From positions 26,647 to 90,646 of the forward strand of contig CAVQEA010000006.1 of NCBI GenBank assembly GCA_963711395.1: a stretch of DNA of 64,000 nucleotides, written 5' to 3'. The stretch is from an uncultured delta proteobacterium. GTDB lineage: Bacteria; Desulfobacterota; Binatia; JACPRU01. This document shows, in pieces, positions 20,339 through 29,511 of the stretch. The notes beneath the pieces were generated by a model. The model made no database searches and was not told where the DNA came from. It saw only the letters and a program-made list of their open reading frames with translations. A program made the translations under genes and the position numbers. Positions within the stretch are counted from its first letter, which is position 1, and each line of letters starts with the position of its first letter.

Positions 20339-20435
20339 TCACGTCTGTACGGAGTACAGCGCCCACTCGCCGGGCACACCCTTGAGCGCACGCTCCGCGC
20401 TCCACGAACCGAATGCCGGACCCGGCGACGAGATC
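20339..20435 (-). pseudogene. C-terminal remnant of a class III adenylate/guanylate cyclase
   Basis: DLVAGSGIRFVERG / ALKGVPGEWALYSV-stop is the typical cyclase C-terminus; the rest of the gene is absent. Confidence 0.65.
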
Positions 20436-20490
20436 CGTCTCGCCCTTTCGCGTACTGAGTCTCCGGCGTCTCCATCGCATGCGAGAGCCG

Positions 20491-21347
20491 CTAGAGCTTT
20501 CCCTGCTCGAGCAGCTCGATGGGATCGAGCAGATCGACCGTGCCGAGGTAGCCGCCGCCGACCGCGATCGCGTCGTGCGCCGCGTAGCCGAGCAGCTCCT
20601 GCGAGCGCCGCGGCAGGGTGCGAGCGACGGCCGGCGGCGTGCTCAGGTAGTTGTTGTCCTCGGTGCGGAGCCAGCCGACCACGAAGCTCATGTGCATGCC
20701 GCGGCGCCAGCGGTCCGCCGTGCTGTTCCGTCCGCCGGCGTGGATCGTCGAGCCCAGGTAGACGACGGCCGAGCCGGCCGGCATTTCGGCGCAGGCGAAC
20801 TCGTCGCGCTTGGGGCTCCGGTCGCGCTCCCAGCGGTGGCTCCCCGGAACCACGACCGTCGCACCGATCTCCGCGCTGAAGTCGACCAGGGCGATCACCG
20901 AGGCGAGCTCCACCTCCGGATGCGGCTGCGGCAGATGGACCCAGACCGCCTCGTCGCGATGCAACATCTGCTGGTCGGCTCCGGGCCCTCGATCCATCAC
21001 CTGCGCCACGTTCAACTGATAGGACGAGCAATTCGGCCCCAGGACCGCGTCGCAGATGCGAGGCGTAGAAGGGATGACAGAGGATCTCTTCGGCGAAGAC
21101 GCGTGAATGCGCCGCCATTCCCGTGATCTGCCGCACGCGGTCTCCGTAGAAATGGTCGATCGCCGGATTCAGATAGCGGCGGTCGGGGCTCACTCTGCTC
21201 GAGCAGCGGATCGAGCTCGGCGTTGAAGCGCGCGAGCAGGTCGGGCGAGATCACTCCCTCGACGATCGCGGCGCCGTGCTCTTGGAGGCCGTTCACGATT
21301 TGCTCCGTCGGCGCGGTCGCGGGTAGCCTCGGGATGTAGGCGCTCAT
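20491..21347 (-). CDS. Phytanoyl-CoA dioxygenase (PhyH) family Fe/2OG oxygenase (frameshifted)
   Basis: QMLHRD facial-triad motif, GATVVVPGSH, distal IHAGG. Confidence 0.88.
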
Positions 21348-21430
21348 CGGGTTCCCTCCGCGGAGATTGCGGGACTCACGCCATGCTCTCGCATGTCACG
21401 AGTCGCAGCGTTCACGAAGAAGAAGGACGT

Positions 21431-22649
21431 TCACGAGGCGAGTCTTCTGGCAACGCTCCGGGTCAGCTCCGGGATCCGAAGGCCGTGGGGGCACGCGCGT
21501 GCACACGCCTGCGTCGCGCACGAAAGGCAGGCTGCCGCGGGCTCGCCGATCCGCGAATACTCCTCGCGCGCCAGGAGCGCGTCTCCGTAGTCCTCGGCGT
21601 ACATGCGCACCCGGAGCACGTCCGCGATCGACACGCCCGCCGGGCACGATGACTCACACGCGTCGCAGCCGAACCGGCAGGTGGTCGACGAGTTGATCGC
21701 CACGTAGCGCGCCAGGAGCGCGAGCTCCGCCGCCGCGACGGTCTTCGACCCCGAAGCACCGAGGTACTCGTCGACCTGTGCCTCGCTCGTCATCGAGACG
21801 ATCAGCGCGTCCACATCGGAGTTGGAGAGCACCCAGCGGAAGGCCGATTGCGCGAACGTGCCGCCCGGCTTCTCGTACCGACGCATGTCGTTCAACCGGG
21901 CACCCATGAGCGTCTTCATGGCGACGACGCCGACGCCGGCGGCCTTCGCCTTGCGAACCACGCGCGGCAGGTCGGTCTGGACGGCAATCCAGTCGAAGCC
22001 GCCGAGCAGCTTCTGGTAGAAGGCGGGATCCTGCCCGAAGTTGTAGGCGACCAGCACGACGTCGACGAGCTTGTGGTCGATGGCGTAGTCCAGGCACTCG
22101 ATGAGCTTCCCCGCGTGCCCCGACATGCCCGCGAAACGGATCTTGCCCTGCTGCTTCGCCTCCGCGACGAACTCCGGCCACTCCGGATTGCTGAGGCGCG
22201 CCACGTCGTTCACCGCGTGGTTGAAGTAGACGTCGACGTGATCCGTCTGAAGCCGGCGCAGGCTGCCTTCGAGCGCGCGCATCATTTCGGCGCGCGAGGT
22301 CGTGCCCGTGGTCTCGGTCTTCGAAGTCAGATAGACCCGGTCACGCTTCCCTTTGAGCGCGTTGCCGATCGTGGTCTCGGACGCCCCGCCGGTATAGGTT
22401 TCGGCGGTATCGAAGTAGTTGATGCCGCGGTCGAACGCGTGGCGAACGAGATCCTCGTCCGTCGCGCAGGCGGCTCGCGCCGAAGGAGACGTCGGAGATC
22501 TTCATCCCGGTCTTGCCGAGCTCGCGGAAGCCGCGCACGCCTGGCGCCTCCGCGTCCGGGACCGCGGCGCGCGCGAGCGGAGCGAAACCGAGCCCGGCAA
22601 TCGACGCAGCTCCGCAAGCGAGAAAATCGCGGCGACTGAGGTCCCGCAT
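21431..22649 (-). CDS. Aldo/keto reductase with Tat-like signal and C-terminal 4Fe-4S domain (frameshifted)
   Basis: SRRDFL, RELGKTGMKIS, GINYFDTAETY, SLRRLQTDHVD; CRFGCDACESSCP and CLSCATQACARACP. Confidence 0.88.
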
Positions 22650-22739
22650 CAAGACGACCCTACCACGGCTCGCCGTCCCGGACGAGACGTCAACGAGCTC
22701 GCGCTCACCACCTCTCGGCGCCGAAGCGTCCCGTGAAAT

Positions 22740-23117
22740 CTAGTCGCTCGGATCGCAGCAGACGAAGTAGACGAATTCGCCGATGACCCATGCCACGAGG
22801 ATCACATGGGCGCCGACCGCGAGCCGCCCGAAGAGGCGTCGATCGTCCTTCCAGCCGAGCACGGCCGCCGCCGTGACGTTGGCCACCCAAGCCAACAGGA
22901 GCGTGGCGAACAGCGAATTGCTCCAACGAGGCAGCCAGCCGGCGAGAAACCCGAGCAACAGTGTCCCGGCTCCAGCCTCGATCGACGTGGCCAAGCACTT
23001 CCGGGGACCCTGGAGAGGCTTCGGTCCCGAGCGAATCGCGGCAGCCAGACCGGCCCCTGCGATCACCGCGATCACGAGAAGGAGAATGGCGCTGACGCGA
23101 ATGCCGCGGACGGTCAT
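22740..23117 (-). CDS. Small membrane hypothetical protein
   Basis: Four hydrophobic segments; co-oriented with neighbours. Confidence 0.55.
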   Translation of the reverse strand: MTVRGIRVSAILLLVIAVIAGAGLAAAIRSGPKPLQGPRKCLATSIEAGAGTLLLGFLAGWLPRWSNSLFATLLLAWVANVTAAAVLGWKDDRRLFGRLAVGAHVILVAWVIGEFVYFVCCDPSD

Positions 23118-23177
23118 CGATCTGGTCGAGCCCTCGCACGAGCGGTCGGCCGGTGCCGTTCCCGCCGCACCTCGCCC

Positions 23178-23582
23178 TCATTGGCGGACGACGTTGTGAA
23201 TACGCTCTTCTGCGCGCAAAATCTCGTCGAGCAGTTGCGCTACCTGTGAAAGCTCTTGAGCTGGCGGGGAACGAAACCAGGCCCGGAACCCGTTGAGCGG
23301 CTTCTCGTACGCGACCCCTGCTCGCCATTCCGCGGGCGTTCGTCCGATCGACTCGTCCATGATCCCGATCGAGAGAGTGAACCGATGGCCCTGGAACGGC
23401 GCGATCATGACCCAGCCCCAGTCCTCTTGAATGGGCTCGGAAGCATCCACGCCGCGCGCCTGGAGACGCTCTCGCAGCCAAGCGGCGAAGTCCTCGCCGA
23501 AGCAGCGCGGGTTGATGAAATGTGGACCGGGTGTCGTCGCCTCGAAGAGATCGGTTTCCAGGGTGAACGCGTGCTCGATCAT
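23178..23582 (-). CDS. Hypothetical protein
   Basis: Globular-looking ORF (HFINPRCFGEDFAAWL, PIQEDWGW); ATG overlaps the upstream stop. Confidence 0.7.
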   Translation of the reverse strand: MIEHAFTLETDLFEATTPGPHFINPRCFGEDFAAWLRERLQARGVDASEPIQEDWGWVMIAPFQGHRFTLSIGIMDESIGRTPAEWRAGVAYEKPLNGFRAWFRSPPAQELSQVAQLLDEILRAEERIHNVVRQ

Positions 23583-23765
23583 TTGGCGCGGCTGCTCGCG
23601 AACGTGAGCCGGTTCCCGAACGGGTCCTTCACCGACATCTCCTTCCCCCAAGGCCGCTCGTCGAGCCCCGGCCGAGCGTACTTGTAGCTCTTCCCCGCGA
23701 GCTCCGCGTGCAGAGCCTCTAGGTTACTCGTTTCGACCCTGATCGCGGCACCCGGCGTCGGACAC
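23579..23765 (-). pseudogene. C-terminal fragment of a glyoxalase/bleomycin-resistance (VOC) protein
   Basis: TPGAAIRVET...LHAELAGKSYKYARPGL...PWGKEMSVKDPFGNRLTF; no N-terminal half. Confidence 0.7.
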
Positions 23766-23766
23766 G

Positions 23767-24169
23767 CTACGGACGGCCCGGATATAACGCATTCGGCAAC
23801 CACCATTCTTCGAGGACCTGCATCGCGAGATCTTGATGCGGACTCGGGAGGTGTCCGATCGGGCGGCCGCAGGGATGACAGCAGAGCGTCGACGACCATG
23901 TGACGATCGCTTCCCACATGGTGAAGCCCGTAGGCAACGAGACGCGGAAGATAGTGCCTCCAGGACGCCGCATCTAGATAGGCCACGCCCCAGAACGCAT
24001 ACCGCTCGAGATATGCGTCCGTGGGCTCATCGACTACGGGATCGTAAGGTATGGGCTCCGCGTACCCGTCGATCGCGTTGCCGCTGCGGAGCGTCGTCGA
24101 TGGAATCATCTCGGTATCGGAGGCGAAGACTTCGAAGGCTCGCCGCAGAAGCAGCTCGCTCGTCCCCAT
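23767..24169 (-). CDS. Hypothetical protein (DUF6714-like), frameshifted or internally deleted
   Basis: TLRSGNAIDGY, YLDAASWRHYLP; its C-terminus QVLEEWWLP is in another frame; AGGAAGG RBS. Confidence 0.55.
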
Positions 24170-24228
24170 GATCCTTCCTACACGCCCTCGTTGGCTCTCG
24201 TTCCTACCGGGGGCGAAGCAGCGGACGT

Positions 24229-24984
24229 TCAGCCCAACCGCTCACCCGAGGTCGCATAGAGCGCCAGTTCGGTATGGAGTCGGAAGCCCTCCTCCTGTGC
24301 ATGCTGTCGGATCTGCTCCAACCCGGCAGAGTATTCGCGGGCGGATAAGACGGCGAGCTGAGAGGTGAATGTGTGCTCCAGAACTCCGTCACGAACCGCC
24401 TCGTCGAACGACGCCGATAGCTCCAGACGGTCAGCTACCTTCACGCTGATGTTTTGGAACCCGGCGGATTGAAGCCAGCGCACGCGTTGCGACTTCGAGG
24501 CGAAGCGCTCGCGGTCGATTGCGAGACTCCGAGGAAAGAACTCGTAGACATACCAGCGGCCACCGCCCTCATGGGGATCGAGTCCGATGGATAGAAACTT
24601 GCCAGCGGGCCGAAGTACCCGGAACGCCTCTCGCAACGCAGTGATCGGTGACACGAAATGATGCAACGAGTTGATGCAGACTACGAGATCGAACGAGCCA
24701 TTCGGCCACGGAAGAGACTCGGCAGCACCCTGGCGAAGGTCGGCGCTGACCTTAGTGCGTGCGAGTTCCAGCATGTTCTCCGAGGAATCAATGCCAGCGA
24801 CATCGCACCCGATCGAGGCGACTTCAGCAAGCCATTCGCCGGTGCCGCAGCCGACTTCGAGCACGCGTGATTGCGGCATCGAGGTGGCGATTTCGCGGAG
24901 AGTCGCGCGAATTCCTGGATACGCGTGCAACTCGTATCGCCGGTTGTAGCAGCTCGCGATTTGGTCGTAGTCGACCTTGGTCAT
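24229..24984 (-). CDS. Class I SAM-dependent methyltransferase (probable gene cassette)
   Basis: VLEVGCGTG, AESLPWPNGSFD, RVLRPAG; starts 14 nt after an attC site. Confidence 0.9.
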   Translation of the reverse strand: MTKVDYDQIASCYNRRYELHAYPGIRATLREIATSMPQSRVLEVGCGTGEWLAEVASIGCDVAGIDSSENMLELARTKVSADLRQGAAESLPWPNGSFDLVVCINSLHHFVSPITALREAFRVLRPAGKFLSIGLDPHEGGGRWYVYEFFPRSLAIDRERFASKSQRVRWLQSAGFQNISVKVADRLELSASFDEAVRDGVLEHTFTSQLAVLSAREYSAGLEQIRQHAQEEGFRLHTELALYATSGERLG

Positions 24985-24997
24985 CGGGTCAGCCGGA

Positions 24998-25090
24998 GGT
25001 TAGCGAGACAGCGCTTGAGCTGCCGGCGCCCACGACGCACGGCCGAAGCGCGCTGATCGCGCGCCGGTCTGCTCCAAGCGCCGGTTCGCC
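24998..25090 (-). other. attC-like integron cassette recombination site (degenerate R')
   Basis: Minus strand: GGCGAAC-CGGCGC-TTGGAGCAGAC...GCAGCTCAA-GCGCTGTCTC-GCTAACC; imperfect palindrome with R''/L''/L'/R' layout. Confidence 0.7.
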
Positions 25091-25114
25091 GGCTGTTGCG
25101 AGTGTAGCACCAAA

Positions 25115-25357
25115 ATGCTACCGAGAAGCATGGTGAAGGAGCTTACACTCCGCCGGGCTGGCGGGTCCATCGGCGCCACATTACCGAAGGACATGGCCGA
25201 CCGACTTCATCTCGCACCGGGAGATCGAGTGTTGGCGGTCGAAAGCGACAACGGGATCCTGCTCACACCCTACGACCCTAACGTCGAGCGAGCGCTCATC
25301 ATCGCTCGCCGCGCCTCTAAGAAGTATCGCAACGCGCTTCGGGAATTGGCGAAGTAG
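25115..25357 (+). CDS. AbrB/MazE-family antitoxin
   Basis: LRRAGGSIGATLPK, LAPGDRV, KYRNALRELAK; directly upstream of doc. Confidence 0.9.
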   Translation: MLPRSMVKELTLRRAGGSIGATLPKDMADRLHLAPGDRVLAVESDNGILLTPYDPNVERALIIARRASKKYRNALRELAK

Positions 25358-25360
25358 GCG

Positions 25361-25777
25361 ATGCCGCGACGGCGGCGCGAGCCTGTATGGGTCGACCGCC
25401 TCGTTCTCGATGCTGTCCATCTGGATCAGCTGCGAGAACACGGAGGGCTACCTGGTACGCGCGATGAGAATGCGCTCGAATCTGCCGTCGCGCGTGCCAA
25501 GCAGCGTTGGCGCTACGAGCCGCAGAGTGATCTGGCGACGCTCGCAGCAGCCTACGGCTGGGGCCTCGCAACGAGCCACCCTTACCGTGACGGGAACAAG
25601 CGCATCGCGTTTCTCGCGATGGCGATCTTTGTCGAGCTGAACGCATACAGGCTCGAAGCTCCCGAAACGGACGTCGTGCAGGTAATGTTGGGCGTCGCGG
25701 GGAACCAGGTCGCTGAGCGGGAGCTGGCCACGTGGATTCGAAATCACCTGGTTCCCGTGACGCGGCGAAGACTCTGA
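25361..25777 (+). CDS. doc: Death-on-curing (Doc/Fic) toxin
   Basis: HGGLPGTRD..LESA and the Doc motif HPYRDGNKR. Confidence 0.92.
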   Translation: MPRRRREPVWVDRLVLDAVHLDQLREHGGLPGTRDENALESAVARAKQRWRYEPQSDLATLAAAYGWGLATSHPYRDGNKRIAFLAMAIFVELNAYRLEAPETDVVQVMLGVAGNQVAERELATWIRNHLVPVTRRRL

Positions 25778-25780
25778 GCT

Positions 25781-25914
25781 GGCTAACGGATCGGGCTTCT
25801 GCTGCAACGAACAGCACTGACCGCTACCGCTGAAGCACAGAAGGTTGACGCCAAAACGCTACCGGATTCAATTGAACCGAGCTGTTCATTGTCAGCTGCA
25901 AGCCCTTGCTAGCC
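25781..25914 (-). other. attC integron cassette recombination site
   Basis: Minus strand: GGCTAGC-AAGGGC-TTGCAGCTGAC-AATGAACAGC...GCTGTTCGTT-GCAGCAGAA-GCCCGATCC-GTTAGCC; canonical R' (GTTRRRY-like). Confidence 0.8.
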
Positions 25915-25923
25915 GGCGGCCAC

Positions 25924-26222
25924 TCAGCAGGGTACCGCCTCCAGAATGCTCGAGGGCGTGTGCGTTGGAACGACTCTCGTCAGCCTAAAGCCCGTCGCAC
26001 GGAGGAGCTCGCGATACTCTTCCTCGCTCCGTTCCTGGCCTCCGAAACAGACGAGCATCTCGAGGTCGAGCAGCTTCCCAAAAAACGGCGCGTTTCCGGG
26101 TGGAATGACCATCTCTACGAGGAGGAGCTTGGCGGAGGACGGCATCGCCGCACGACACGTCGCCAAGATCCTGCGGCAATGATCCGCGTCCCAGTCGTGG
26201 ATGATCGACGCCATGATGTAAC
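25924..26222 (-). pseudogene. C-terminal fragment of an O-methyltransferase (Methyltransf_2 type)
   Basis: YIMASIIHDWD, KLLLVEMVIP, LDLEMLV..GGQERSEEEY; SAM-binding N-terminal part missing. Confidence 0.8.
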
Positions 26223-26311
26223 GGCGGAATCTCTTCCGGCATGTTTCTCCCAACCACTTGTTAGCCGGCGGCACTCTTGGTATGAGTATTCATCATACCG
26301 GAGAGAATGCC

Positions 26312-26539
26312 ATGGGTGCCGCGAAAGTTGGCGATCACCACGATGAACGCCTCCTCGAACGGCTCGACCAGCGAGTGGCGAACAAGAGGTTCCCGAACCG
26401 TGCCGAGCCATCCAAGATGCTGTGCGAGAAAAGCGGAACGCCTCGATCGCGGTAGGCTCGCTCGGGAGTGCGCGAAGCGGAATCCCAAGGTAGAGCAGAA
26501 GCTGGCTGACGAGGGGTTGGCGGGGGACCTTCCGAGTGA
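26312..26539 (+). CDS. CopG/RHH antitoxin (frameshifted)
   Basis: MGAAKVAIT..DERLLERLD..FPNR..AIQDAVREK..LARECAK..EQKLADEGL read across frames; GGAGA RBS; overlaps the toxin start. Confidence 0.75.
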
Positions 26540-26876
26540 CCCGAATTCTGAGAGGCGACGTCGTCTGGGCGGACCTCAGCCCGACCCGAGGACACGAGCA
26601 AACCGGCCATCGGCCGGTCGGTCGTAATCAGCGCCGATGTATTCAACGCACGCTCGGGTACGGTGATCGCGATGGCGCTCACGAGTCGCGCCGCCGCGAG
26701 CCGGCTTCCCTCTCACACTGGAAGTGAAGTCGGTCAGTCGGGGGAAGCCATCTGCAGTCAAGATCAGCCAAATCCGCACTCTCGAAGTGCAGTGCCTCGG
26801 GAAGAAACTTGCCAGCCTGGCTCCCGAGGAACTCGATCGACTCATCGAAGGTCTCTACGAGATCATCGCCAGCTAA
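26536..26876 (+). CDS. mazF: PemK/MazF-family endoribonuclease toxin (frameshifted)
   Basis: ILRGDVVWADLSPTRGHEQTGHRP, ISADVFNARSGTVIAMALTS, KISQIRTL, LIEGLYEII-stop. Confidence 0.82.
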
Positions 26877-26897
26877 CGACTCGGCGGTTCAGGCGCG
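26871..26897 (-). other. Right half (L'-R') of an attC site
   Basis: Minus strand CGCGCCTGAA-CCGCCGAGTC-GTTAGCT; the left half is replaced by the truncated four-helix-bundle gene. Confidence 0.55.
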
Positions 26898-27119
26898 ATT
26901 TCGTAGAACCGACGCTTGTCCGCAGCCGAGCCGCGCCCAGCACCCTCGGCGATGTTCAACACGACGCCGAGCGAAGCCCGCTCGAGCTGATCGCGCAAGC
27001 ACTCCAAACCCACGCGAGGGCAATAGCGCACAGCAGATCGTGTGCAGCTCGAGGGCGACCCGATAGACCTCGAGCCGTTCATGGTCGAGGACGAAGGGAA
27101 TCGAATCGTTCAACGTCAT
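26895..27119 (-). pseudogene. Four-helix-bundle (23S rRNA IVP-like) protein, truncated and frameshifted
   Basis: LDHERLEVYRVALE, RDQLERASLGVVLNIAEGAGR..DKRRFYEIA, then abruptly runs into the attC half-site; AAGGAG RBS. Confidence 0.8.
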
Positions 27120-27300
27120 CGGAGACTCCTTTGGTTGCGCCGGCTGTCGCCGGACTCTCAACCAAAGGGGAGGCCGGTGACAGCCGGCGCAAAGGAGCCG
27201 AGGCGTCCCACGTGAACGGTCCTCTCTCCTCCGTGAACGCTGCGAGACTCGTGACATGCGAAAGCATGGCGCGAGTCTCGCAATCCCCCGGGAAGCAAAC

Positions 27301-27888
27301 TCACCAACTCTGATAGAGATGCCACCACCCCCCATACAAATGCGCAAACGAATCCTCCCCGCGATGCACCGGCGCTCCCGCAGGCGAGTAGATGATCCCG
27401 CAAGTATCCACCAACCCGCACTCCGTCGTGATGAACCGCAGCTCCGAATCCACGCGCTGAAACTCGCGCACCCAAAACAACCCGACCCGCTGCGGCCGAT
27501 TTCGCAAGTCATCCGCAGGAATCCCCTCGAGATCCGCCACGCTCCTCAGCAAAACGCGCGAGCTCGACCAAACCCGCGCCCGCAAGAGTACGAACGTATT
27601 CCCCACGACGACCGCGGCCACGACCATCGCGGGAATCACCGCCCATGCCAGAGCGTGGGCGAAGAGGATCCCGGGATTTCTCCTCCCTACGACCGCCGCG
27701 ACCACGAACCGCAACAGCCACCACCCGAGCAGCACAAGCCCGATCCCCGCGAGAACCATCCATCGCGGGAACGGCACCCCGGCGTCACTCTCTGCGAAAG
27801 CCATCGCGACGAACCAGGCGATTGCCAGCACGGCCGCCACACGCGGCGGACCATCGAGCCGCCCGCGCAAAGGACGCTCAGTCTCCAC
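27301..27888 (-). CDS. Membrane hypothetical protein
   Basis: Three TM segments plus a soluble C-terminus ending HLYGGWWHLYQSW; start inferred. Confidence 0.6.
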   Translation of the reverse strand: METERPLRGRLDGPPRVAAVLAIAWFVAMAFAESDAGVPFPRWMVLAGIGLVLLGWWLLRFVVAAVVGRRNPGILFAHALAWAVIPAMVVAAVVVGNTFVLLRARVWSSSRVLLRSVADLEGIPADDLRNRPQRVGLFWVREFQRVDSELRFITTECGLVDTCGIIYSPAGAPVHRGEDSFAHLYGGWWHLYQSW

Positions 27889-28480
27889 GCTTCGGAGCCG
27901 GCTTGCGCGGCAAGTGATAACACTGCTTCGCGCAGCTCGGCCCCACCTCCGTCGTCGCGCACGAAGCCTTCGCCTGCTGGAAGACGAGGTCGCCGAACGC
28001 ACCGGCCTCGCCGAAGACGATTCGTTCCCGCTCGACGTCGAAGATCAGATCGAGAAATTGAACGCGGCCGAGCGCCAGCCGGAAGTAGAGAAGCTTGCCG
28101 TTCACCCAATGGTCGTCGATCGCGTTGAACACGTCGCCCGCGACCAGCCGCACGAGGTACGGGCGCTCGGCGAACACGAGAAGCTCGACCCGCGACGCTC
28201 CGCTAGCAGGACCGCTCGGAGTAAAGCCTAGATGATATGCGTACGCTCCGTTCGGCGAGACCACCATCGGCTCGGGCAGCGCCTGTGACACGTGATCGAT
28301 CTGCAGCCGCTCCTCGGCCCGCTTCACGCCGCCCGTCGCGCCCTCCCCCTCGGAATAGTAGTCGCGCGGCCCCTCCCAGCACTCGGGCGGCGGCGAGCCA
28401 GGTGCACTCTCCGCAAGAACGACGCTCGGGAGGAGCAACGACGCCAAGGCCACAAACCACAGGGGCGCACTGCATCTCAT
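27878..28480 (-). CDS. Exported hypothetical protein
   Basis: Signal peptide; SPNG beta-propeller-like motif; Cys pairs. Confidence 0.6.
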   Translation of the reverse strand: MRCSAPLWFVALASLLLPSVVLAESAPGSPPPECWEGPRDYYSEGEGATGGVKRAEERLQIDHVSQALPEPMVVSPNGAYAYHLGFTPSGPASGASRVELLVFAERPYLVRLVAGDVFNAIDDHWVNGKLLYFRLALGRVQFLDLIFDVERERIVFGEAGAFGDLVFQQAKASCATTEVGPSCAKQCYHLPRKPAPKRGD

Positions 28481-28487
28481 GCCCCAA

Positions 28488-28505
28488 AGTCTAATCGATT
28501 AGACT
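28488..28505. promoter_or_regulatory. 18-bp perfect palindrome AGTCTAATCGATTAGACT (possible operator)
   Basis: AT-rich perfect palindrome 8 nt upstream of the ATG at 28480. Confidence 0.4.
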
Positions 28506-28532
28506 CGGCGCGCTGAAACCCTCGCCGCCCGT

Positions 28533-29400
28533 TCAGCGCTTGGCGAGCGGCGCGAAGAACTCGAGCGCCTTCTCGATCACGAACTCGGGCTTCTCCTCCG
28601 GGATGAAATGCCCACACTCCTCCACCATGCCGCCGGTGACGTTTTCGGCCACGGCCTTCCAGTGCGGCACGATGTCGCGGAGCAGCGCCGCCCCGCCCCA
28701 GGCGATCACGGGGATCGTCGAGCTTCTGTGTCGCGTTCTTCAGATTCACCGTGTCCTCGCGGAGCCCCGTCGCGTAGTACTGAAAGCCCGCGCGGATCGA
28801 CCCCGGATTGGAGTTGACGCGCACGTACTCGGCGATGTCCTCGGGCGAAAAGATCGCCGGGCTGTAGTTGTACTCGGTCGTCGTCAGATAGTGCGAGATG
28901 AAGCCCGCAACGTCCTTGCTCACCAGCTTCGCTGCGAAGTCCGAGTTGCCGCCGTGGAAGAACACGTGATGAAGCCGGATCGCCACCTCGAGCGGAATCG
29001 GCTCGCCCGCGCGCGCCAGGCCGGGGATCATGTCGAGGATGAACAGCCGATCGACCAGCTCGCGGTTGTCGTAGCAAAGGTAGAACGCGACCGCCCCGCC
29101 CCAGTCGTGCGCCATCACGCCGATCTTGGCGAAGCCGAGCTCCGCGACCAGCTCGCGCACGTCGGTCGCCAGCGTGCGCTTGTCGTAGCCGCCGACCGGC
29201 TTCGCCGAATCGCCGAGCCCGCGCAGATCGGGCGCCACCACGGTGAAGCGCTCGGCGAGCGCCGGGATCACCTTCCGCCACTCGTACCAGCTCTGCGGCC
29301 AGCCGTGCAGCAGCACCAGCGCCGGGCCCGAGCCCGCGATCACGTAGTGCATGCGAAAGCCGTTGACGACGCGCACATGGTGAGTCCAGGGCTCCTTCAT
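28533..29400 (-). CDS. Epoxide hydrolase / haloacetate dehalogenase-like alpha/beta hydrolase (frameshift near 28715)
   Basis: LHGWPQSWYEW, DLRGLGDS, AHDWGG (Asp nucleophile), CGHFIPEE. Confidence 0.9.
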
Positions 29401-29511
29401 GATTTCTTCACCTCCGTGGTGGCAATCGCGGGGCGTTTAGCGGAAAGCCAGGCCCTTGAGCAACGCTCGGCTCCGCACTAAACCCTCGGCGCGGACGAAA
29501 GGAGATCTGAC

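Noticed and set aside
23579-24169. DUF6714-like/glyoxalase fusion protein
   Set aside because: The first gene's own C-terminus and stop are in another frame (23767); the glyoxalase part is only a C-terminal fragment.
26895-27119. Four-helix-bundle gene as the Avd of a diversity-generating retroelement
   Set aside because: No reverse transcriptase or TR/VR repeat pair is seen in the window, and the gene is truncated.
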